From Balanoglossus misakiensis (Eukaryota > Animalia > Hemichordata): DNA of 64,000 bases. The notes under the pieces are model-generated. The model was not told where the DNA came from. It saw nothing but the letters and a program-made list of their open reading frames with translations, and made no database searches. Location: positions 1,098,886 through 1,162,885 of the forward strand of contig CM082597.2 in NCBI GenBank assembly GCA_040954595.2, read 5' to 3'. Below are positions 54,501-64,000 of this stretch, piece after piece. The stretch's first letter is position 1. Each line of letters opens with the position of its first letter. Both the position numbers and the translations under genes were made by a program.

Positions 54501-55610
54501 TTGATTTTGTAAATAACGACAAAATTGTAAAGTTTGGCGTTTCAGAAAGTAAAACTTCACTAAGCTAACAGATAGTTGTTGTTTGATGTGTTTCGGAGAC
54601 GTTGAATACTTAATATGACAAAAAGTCAGACAAGACTTTTATTGACAACAAAATGCTTACACCGTCCAGTTGTCAATGATTCAGAAAATGTGAGAGTGCT
54701 GGTTATAATTGCTTTCTGATTTTAAAAGCAGACATATTGCGCACTTTGCATTTCAAACAGTTGACCAATATAGATTCCGACGTGCAGTCTTTTACACTGA
54801 AGAGTCTAGTTTTACAGTGTCTCATTCTTTGAAGTGCGACTTGTATAACCAAGGGAACGTGTCTATGTATATATTATAGTGTAACGCGAATCGGTGCTGT
54901 ATGGATCCAAGTGAAACAGTACACCATTTATTGTGTGCCGCACAACACGGTTATATTTGCATGGAATAAAGTGTGATTGAACCAGAGGGAAATTGTTCCC
55001 ACAGGTCTTTGTGTAGCTTCTGTAAGCTTTATTCCACACTGGCAATATTTGAGCAGATTTTTTCCTGGCAAGGAAGGTACGCTGGGTCATGTGAATTTGT
55101 TTATGAATTTCGCCTGGCAATGTGAGATCGAGCAAGTGCTGCTAGATAATGGAGGTGTTGAAGTGAAATTTACACGTAATTAATTGTAGTGGGTGGCTTC
55201 AGTCCAGGTGTCTCAATTCACTTATTTAGACGTATATAGATGTGCATTCACCTCACGCTCTGTGATTTTGTGATCCGTTAGTAAATTTATGAATTGAGTT
55301 TGAAGAAGATTTTTATTAATAAAAGTGGGCCTACGTTCAAAAGTATATGATGCACGGTGTGGGCATGAAACCTAAGTCTAGATCTAATACCAGTAAGACA
55401 TGACCTGGAAATTTGAAACTAACAGGAACCTAGACTTCAAAGTCTTGATTTGATTTTCTAATGTACCGAACCGTTAAATTTCAATTACAAAGAAACAGCT
55501 AAGGAAGGTCAATGAATGTTTACAGAGTAAACTCCTTGCTTTAACCATGGCGACAGAAATGGACAAAAATTGACCCGATCTGACATTCCTGATTTCTTTC
55601 TGTCTCACAG

Positions 55611-55973
55611 GTCCCATTCAAGAACTGGTCATGGGGGTCGACGGTCAGATTGACCTCTTACGAGAGAACGACGTGGTTACCATGTTCGAGTTGCAGCCAA
55701 TCACCATCATTTGTTGGGCGAATCAGGCCAATCCGGCCGCGACCGTCACATGGTTCTTCGGCAATGAGATGGTCGATTCGGGCGAAGATGGGTTTACGAT
55801 TGAATCTTACACCGAACAGGTCGACCAACCAGGGGACACCAGACTCAACACGATCAGCAAGCTGACTTTTTCACCGACATACACACAGCATCAAAATAAA
55901 GTATTAATGTGCACAGCAATAAATGAAATTATGTCTGATGTACTCTCGATAAGCGTGTATCCAAGGATACTGG
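55611..55973 (+). CDS. Ig gene C exon 3: C2-type Ig domain (Ig2)
   Basis: Acceptor TTTCTGTCTCACAG and donor GTAAGT, phase 1-1; ITIICWANQANPAATVTWF..TISKLTFSPT..HQNKVLMCTAIN. Confidence 0.93.
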
Positions 55974-56517
55974 GTAAGTGAAACGCATCTCTGAAATTGT
56001 CACAAAACCACTCAAGCTTAATCCAGAATCTATCAATAGAATAGATAGCTGAAAAGTATAATTTCACTTCCAGAACCAGAAACGTAAAAAAGTCAAAGTT
56101 CATCATGAAACGAAAATCCATCAATAAACCCTCACAGTGAAATGTATTTGATTGTCAGACTTTCTCATCCATTACCATGGTTACTGGATGACGATGATCA
56201 ATCAGACACATACATCTGTCAAAGTTTTGTTAGCGAGAATACATCAAATGGAGAGCAGCTAATTCGGAAAACATTAAATTGATAGATTCCCTGACTTAAG
56301 TTGATATGATCCAAGATCCCAGGTCTTAATTCTCTTATTGGTGAATTTTGATGAAAGCAACTAATGTCTTTGAGGTTGACTGCCGATATTGATGAATTTC
56401 TTCGGCACATCTGTGCTGACAATTTAGAAATGGATACCGATTATTCTTTCTGACTAAGCTTTCCCTTTGACTGTCTAATTCAGATGTGAGACAACATGTA
56501 GTTTGTGCGACCACAGC

Positions 56518-56633
56518 TTAAAGGCAGACGATCGTCTTATGCACATGTGCGTAATTTCGTGTGTACACCTATTATTTTTGTAACCAGTGTCTCTGGTTTG
56601 GCACATGTGCATAAGATGATCGTCGCCCTTTAA
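56518..56633. mobile_element. Non-autonomous TIR element with TTAA flanks and AGG..CCT termini (Kolobok-like)
   Basis: TTAA-AGGCAGACGATCGTCTTATGCACATGTGC ... GCACATGTGCATAAGATGATCGTCGCCCT-TTAA, about 30 bp imperfect inverted repeats. Superfamily is inferred from TSD and termini only. Confidence 0.72.
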
Positions 56634-59600
56634 GACATCAGAGTCTGTAAGTTGCTTGACTACAGCTGTGGTGTTGTCAGCAGAACTCTCGTGTAAAGTG
56701 ATAGTCTGTGTAAGTCAGTGTAGCGTGTAATGTTGGTGTCGAAATGTTGATGGATGTGAGTGTTGGTTTGAACTTTGAACTTAAGTGAGCCCTTTCCATC
56801 ACCCATAGACCCCTTTCCTGGGTGGAAGAAAATCAAAAAAAGAAATTGGACAAACACGAGGTTATGGTTAGGGTTTTAAATTGCACACTATACAAGAGAG
56901 AGTCTTTAAAATCATAAAAATCATTTGCCAGTACAAAAAGATACCTCAGATCGAACACGACCGACGATGACTTCACTTGACATTTCCTTCATAATATTAC
57001 AAATCAGAAGTATACATATTTTATAGAACTGAAAGATTGAGGAAAAATGTCCCTTGAGTCTGGAATGAAAAAAGCTTGGAGATAACAGTTACTGTTTAAA
57101 CATTGACAAGGGATTGATATTTACAAGCTGTATGTAGTTAATGTTTTCCCCCGCATATACATTTTGCCTCCATGAAGATTATAGATACCAAACACGAAAA
57201 CAACCAGTTTCATTGCCATTTAGTGGAACCTCATCATTTACAGTGATAGGTGGTCATTGTCCGCCATTTTTAATCGCCATAATTTTATGTGTGAATCACT
57301 TACGCAACCGATTTCTGACAAAAAACCTCCGAGGTTTCTCTGTCGATTCTACGACAGCAGACAAACATACCCGAGAGACCCCCTGTCTGTTGCCAATACA
57401 AAAACCTCATTTTCAAACTGTTAAAATTTACGAGACGAATACGAGGTAATTATATACTCAGGGAAAGGACACGCATAGATGACTTCGGCGAGTACTGCAG
57501 TGCTATTGTGTCGAAGTGGGACGGTTTTGTTTGTTTCTGCGCGATCAATAACCTGCCGTCTGCTCTATAACCTCAAATCAATCAAATATAGAGGACACAA
57601 TAAAATGGTCACCGTGAAAAATTTAAATGGGACAGATAAATTATTGGCCTGGTGTTAGATACAAGAGCAAGCAGAGGACGCGTGGTTATGCCAAGATGGT
57701 TAAATTGCTGACCACCTGTTGCTGACCAGACTTTGGTGGTCAATCGATGATCATGCAGTAATTCAATCTGTTGCTTTTTACACAACATTAGCAGTAAACT
57801 GACCACTGACCAGACTAAGGTCAAAGTACTGTAGCTTTTACTGTTTTGTAAAAGAGACCATGGTGAAATTGATTGACCATTCGAAGGATTTGAAAATCCC
57901 CGACTACACGACCATTTGTGGGATTTGAAAAAAATCTTGTCTGTTCTGTATACCCCTGATTGGCCAGCTTGTTTGTTTTTGTGACTCCAGTTGTAGGACA
58001 TACTTGGAGTAAAAGACACGAAACAACACAAACAAAAGAGTAGTGGCTGTTGAAAACATTCTGATCAGCCCTGCAGTAACAATGGTCAGTCAATAGTGGT
58101 GAAGAAATGCCTGATTTTCAACACATGCTGAGTTATACACTGCTGTAGGGGAGGAGGGCTGTATTATGGCTGTATTGTATACACACAGCCACAGTTAGAG
58201 AAAACAGCCACGGGTTCTTCGGAGGGCAGTGTTAGTCTCCCTACAATGCCAGATTTCTGACACAAACATTCAACTGTGAACATTATGCCTTGTTATTCAA
58301 ATATCTGCTCTGGGCCCTTGTCGTCTTCTGCAACTAACCGTAAATTGCATTTTTCAAAATAACTAGGTCTCCTTTTCACTTTCGGAAAATGAAGGCCTGT
58401 GACTGTCTTTGAAAACACAGCTAAAAAGGTTGTTAGTTTTGTTTTCTGAAATCTACATTTCCCAGTTGGTTAACTGACAAGTTCAAACATATGGCACAAT
58501 TCCTTTGGGAGAGAGACATATTTGAATGAGAAATAAAAGATTGTTGTTCAAGTACGCCATGATAGTGAATGAGACCACGGTTACTACATGTAGTGATGGG
58601 ACCTTCAGAAACATACGTTTTCAAACATTATACTGTCTTGGAACACTCAATTCAGTTTCCTAAAATGCCTTTATGTTGTCTCCGTGGGTGATTTGAGTGT
58701 TGTCATTTTTACAGGTACAGTCACATTCCATAAAGTTCAATATCTGTGAACAAAAGCTCTTATACTGGTCAGAGATGTGCATAAAAGGCAATATGGCCAG
58801 CAGACCCTTTTCTACTTATTCTGATATGAACTTCAGTGGCTATATGATTCAAAACAGTTTATAAGCGTGGAACCTCATGTTCTCGAGAGCCAAAGCGACC
58901 ATGACTAGTACAGCATATTATTGTCTGGCAGCCCCACCTATGGATTTTACGAACAGACAGAGACTCATAGGCCTACGAGACACACAAAAGTGCCTTGTTT
59001 GCATCACCCAAAAATCAATGTTGAAATACCTCGGAACAAAGGAACAAATTCTGAGTCACACTCGTACAAGAGTTGCATATTTGATGTTCCCACTCGAGTA
59101 CACGTACAGGGTAGATTTGACAATTGGGATTAGGTTGCCATGAATTATACAGAGAATATCTTTCTAAGTGCAACAGATTGAGAGCATGGTGCTGTTTGTA
59201 TTTTAAGGTTGAAATATCACGAATAAAATTTCTTGCAACTGATGTAGCAGAGTGTAACAGGTTTTCTAATAGCCAGATGGCAGGAACACTTGTTTGAAAG
59301 TAAAACAAGTAGCATAAATAAATATAATTGTATTTAGAATTTCAAAATAATGTATTATGTATAGTATTCTAGCATATAAATCCATTGAAATCAACAGTTA
59401 ATGTAGTGAACATGAAAACATTTGCTGAGTTGTATATGCAACTGCGACCTCAGATGTAGGGCGTAGGATTATTAACCGACAAACAGGGATTGAATCACAG
59501 CTTAGTTGTAACCCTCTGGTTATATTTTCTGTAAAAAGCACTTCCACATTGAACTGTAAGGTTACACGAATCCTGTCACCTGTATAGGCAGAAGTGGAAT

Positions 59601-60073
59601 TAACATAGATGTTTGGAGCGGTCCTTTGAAGCTCTTTTTAAAAGCTAGTATATGCATCTTTTAGAGAGACGCTTTGAAAAATTAAATGATAATATGTGTT
59701 CACCATGTTGCATTTGTTTCCATGGAGATAATAGCAGCAATTTTGAATTTCAAGTGCTGATGTTATTTCTGATATAAAAGCTTTTATTCTCAATTTAGTA
59801 GAGAAGAGTTGAAGCTCTATATTGACATGTGTTTTCAGATTTTTGTGACTTCTCATTTCATGACAAATTGATGTAGTTTGTAGACATATATTGTTTGATC
59901 CGTCTGTGAAACAGTAACTCAATCTGCTCATGTCGTAATACTTAAATATGAGACTACACTGCATTCTGACATGGCATTAGCCTGCGTGGGTGTAGTGTAT
60001 ACTTTAAAAATTGCATTTTCTTGTATTATTAATATCCCCGATTAAAAAATCATGTATTTTCTTGTAATTTCAG

Positions 60074-60397
60074 TACCACCAAGCAGTCACTATATTATCG
60101 GATACGAAAGCGGCCAAGCAGTCCCTGTTATTGAAGGTCAGGTGTTTACAATATCGTGTCGTGCCGTCGAGAGTTATCCAGTCACGCAGCTTCACTGGTA
60201 CTTAAACGGCGTATTGATCGAACACGGAATCACAGCGAATAATAATCAAAATGAAGATGGGCGTGTGACTGTGATGAGTACGTGGACGTATATGGCGTCT
60301 CGCGCGAAGGGAGACGACGGCGCGAGGGTTCAGTGTGAGGCTAGCGGGGAACCGCTGTCTATGTCTAATACAGTCTATGTCACATTGGATATTTTAT
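60074..60397 (+). CDS. Ig gene C exon 4: C2-type Ig domain (Ig3)
   Basis: Acceptor TAATTTCAG and donor GTAAGT, phase 1-1; PPSSHYIIGYESG..TISCRAVESYPVTQLHWYLNG..VMSTWTY..DDGARVQCEAS..VTLDIL; nephrin/sns-type PPxxxxIxGY start. Confidence 0.94.
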
Positions 60398-60574
60398 GTA
60401 AGTAACGAGAAATATTTATGCTGCGAGTATAAATATTATAGAAATGTTCACAGAGATTGTTTGTGTTAATTAAGGGATTGGAAAATGTAAATCAAAATTT
60501 GAACATGTAAATAAGAAATGAGCAGAATTATCATTCTTTTGCTCTGTGCGTTATTATTTTTCCGGCATCTGTAG

Positions 60575-60853
60575 ATCCACCCACAAGGATTGAAATCTCT
60601 GGAGACTCGGCTGATTACAAAGCTGGAGAACCAGCCTCTGGAATAATCTGCTCCAGCTCCGGAGGAAAGCCGGAATCTGAAGTCAGCTGGTGGCTCGGGA
60701 ACCAGGAGAAAGTGGTGGGCGTTCTGAACAGCAATTCTTTGGAACTGGAAATGTCACAAAGCGATAATGGTCAGGTTTTTACGTGCATCTCCAGCAATGA
60801 TGCGAATATCGGTAACCCACTCAGGAAGGAGACTAGGCCACTCAACATTTTGT
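60575..60853 (+). CDS. Ig gene C exon 5: C2-type Ig domain (Ig4); gene continues beyond the window
   Basis: Acceptor CATCTGTAG and donor GTAAGT, phase 1-1; YPPTRIEISG..IICSSSGGKPESEVSWW..LELEMSQSDNGQVFTCISSNDA..LNIL. No TM or stop exon found before 64000. Confidence 0.93.
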
Positions 60854-63800
60854 GTAAGTGGAATTTTTTGTTTATGTATAGGGACAAAGTCGGTGGCACT
60901 AGCATGAGACATTTTTGGGTAAGCTGTTATGTCATTCCATTTGGATCTGTCTGTTGTTATGGCCAACTCTCACTTAAGTGAAAGAAAAAACACAAAATGC
61001 CAACAACTTTGTCCCCAATAACTTGATATTTAGGTTGCAGCTGGCTGCCGTGGGGTTAGATGAACCCATGAATAGAGAAAGAGTGACAAAGGGGATGAAA
61101 TTTTTATCAATCGTTGAAAATGTGCCACAGTCCACACAGATTCCAGGTCAGTGAACTGCAGAAGCTTGCAGGAGTCACTGGAGGAAGCTGCATTCTCATT
61201 GGTCAGTGCAACCCGTGAGAGGAAATTCGGGTTGCTTTAAACCAATCAGCAGCTACCTTACAAAGTGTGAAATTACTTGCTTACGACACTACAGTGACGG
61301 TACAAAAGGGGTTGTATTTGTGAAGTCTCTGTCGCATTTCACATATCCTTCTCAAAATTGATTCAGTCTGTACAAGACAGCTGTGACTTGCATCTCACAC
61401 TTGACATAAGGACAGGTTCATATGTACAGCATATGTGTCACGGAACAGCTGAAATTATTTAGACCAACATCACATGGTGTCAATATATAACCACCGAATT
61501 CCCACTGGTGTACAAATATTACCATACTGAAACAACACACAATACAGGTAAATTGAACAAATGTGTCACAATCACTTCAATCTTATCATCTAGGTAGGAG
61601 TTCGATCAGCAAAAAAGCACTTGGCCAAAGAAAGTCAGAAAAATGTACAGAAAATGTCGGTGTGAAACGGTGGTGACAAAGTTCCGTTCTCTGCAAGTTC
61701 CTGTGTACGGAAATTTGTCCGAATCTTCGGCCTACACAGTAATATGGGTCACTACCAGTAGCAGACCTCATTTACAGGAAGGTGGTAAACAACACCCAAA
61801 AATTTGGCGGTCACCGACAAATCGCGGAAAATCATGGCGCAAGGGTCATTAAACTTGAAAACGTGAGCGGCATAAAATTGTCGCTGACGTAACAGAAATA
61901 GTTCCGCGACAAACTTTCAAAAGCGCGGCCGGAACCTAACACCTACGTTCGGAATTTTTACAACCCGAAAATACGCACGTATTCAGATAAACAATTCGAC
62001 GAAATTTGAAATTTAGATTTTGCTTGTATTTGAAATAATTTAGAACATTCTTGCAAAAATTACCAGTAGAATGGACGGCGTAACTTCGAGGCGTGATTGT
62101 GTAAATGTGCGTGAAGAGACGGCGAATGAAACAACAAGAGCGATTGTCGTTCGAAATGCTTTGCGGTACCACGGCATGGTTTCTTGAGATGAAAATGTGT
62201 AACTAGCATACCATACATACTCCGTTTTCTAAAAATTCATTGTAGTACAACGGATTGGCGTCAATCACCGCGGTCAATATGAGACGCAGAAACTCCAGTC
62301 TGTCAACAGTCTTGAAGGTTTTGTAAGAACGTGTAGACTAATTAGACCAAAAAGAGGTTTATTTTTGTCGGATTCTCGATTGGGACCGGGAACACAGCCT
62401 TGAAATTCCTCGTCGATGCTCGGTTTAGAAAGCAAAGTTCGACACAAAAGAGAATTAATCTTCAGTGGATTTCTAGCATTGTTTCGTCTGTGTGTCAAGT
62501 CTTCTTGACTATGTAGCTGTCTACACATCTATGAAAAGACTTAGAAAAATACATAACATGAGAATAAGAGAATGTTCTATTTACTTTTCTTGGATCTTTT
62601 GCCGTGAATTCTGTCTATTGCGTGAATGAAGCAAAGAAAAAATTGTGTTCTAAACACTTTGAAAGTCAATTTCCGTAGAAATATCACATATTGATCGTTC
62701 AAGCTCTTGCAAAAGACTAAATGCATGAACGGAAATCACGAAGTAAGTCTGGTGGAATGTACTTGTTTGTTGGTATGTTTACACTCTTGAAATTGTGGCC
62801 AATTGAAGTGTCTTTTTGGTTACAAATGATTGCTGGAACCAACTCAACAGCGAGGTGAAACGTGTGTGCACTTCAGTTTTTTGTTTTGAAAGTTGATGCA
62901 GTTGTACAAACAGGTGATTAATCGAAGGAAGTTTGCTGGTATGTGAGACAATTGTTTCGATGTTTACTTAGTCTTGGGTCGTTTGTTTTGGTTTGTTGAT
63001 GTTTGGTGTTGCTGTAGGGGGTTGGGGGATATTGGCGTTGATTCACCCAAAAGCTGTAACACATGAAGAATTCAAGAGTTTTTAAGTCGAGACAGATGAA
63101 AAAATAAATTTCCCTCTTGTGTTGGAGGTCACAGGAAGTGCTCAGGTGTGTTTGTTTGTTCCTTCTTGTTCATGAAACATTTTTAACAACCATGGTTGCC
63201 AGGCAGCTGTCAGTGAGAAAGTGCCACCTTCTTAAGATTTTAATCAGCAAAGTTTGAAGTTCAAGTTCCTGCAAACATTGCATTTGTTCTCACTTGGAGT
63301 TTTGTGCTTTTCTATTGTTTTATGTTTGTGATGTTCCCAGGATTTAAAATGATATTTGAACAGGTGTGAATCAGTAACAAAAATGTCATCTTTTCGTATC
63401 TCACACACCAGTACATGATAAATGCAGAAAATGTAAAATGTACGTACAAAAGTTCAAATGTAGAGCTCTAGATGTTGATTTACAAATACTACAAAAATGA
63501 GTAAGGAAATGATTCATTTTAATACACACAGAAAAAAATGTGACACTGAGGTCAACCCCAACCTTTACCAAACAGTCAAATCCACCGCAGAAAATTGTCG
63601 AGTGTTTGAAAATGCCTTGTAAAATAGGAAATGAAAATTTATTGGGGTCCTCATACAGGAAATACTAAAACCCTCACGTCGATTAAGAAGAGTCAAAGTC
63701 TAACACTTTGAACCTTCATATCACATCAAATTTGGACATTCAACGTCATTTTCGATTAAGGAAAACTAGTATTAAACTTAGAAGTTGTCTTTTAGTTGAC

Positions 63801-64000
63801 ACAGCTTTACGTCGAAAACAAAAAATGAGGGCCTGTGATTCATCAGGTGTCAAAATGGTTTACAATGACGGCTTGTTCCCCCTTGCTTGCTGTTTACAGC
63901 CAGTGAGGGCACTTGTCATCACAATAAAACATTGTGAAGTTATTTCACATGCTGGTGTGGGAGCCACAGACAAAAAACAAAGGATGTTGACATTACAGGG

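Noticed and set aside
61770-62280. CpG-rich patch in gene C intron 5 as a further exon or transposase fragment
   Set aside because: No Ig or transposase motifs in the ORFs and no terminal repeats found; left unassigned.

Overview
Intron-rich, AT-rich animal genomic DNA, probably from an invertebrate (inferred from vertebrate-like intron positions, retained minor-class introns and patchy CpG depletion). The ORF track shows only exon fragments, so I rebuilt gene models by hand from splice sites. (1) 125-9486, minus strand: 29 in-frame exons (3759 nt, 1253 codons; 3' end lies outside the window) of a xanthine dehydrogenase/aldehyde oxidase family enzyme. It has two adjacent U12-type introns and has lost the canonical purine-binding residues. 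(2) 9759-60853+: a cluster of three related immunoglobulin-superfamily genes. Gene A is leader+V+GPI-like tail (minus), gene B is leader+V+C2+GPI-like tail (minus), and gene C is a nephrin/sns-like gene (plus; leader+V+3 C2 seen, continues past the window). B and C are head-to-head about 600 bp apart. The two short genes look like truncated, membrane-tethered derivatives of the long one, which is the most interesting system here. The rest is intronic or intergenic sequence with microsatellites and small TTAA-flanked non-autonomous elements. I found no rRNA, confident tRNA, CRISPR array or transposase ORF.
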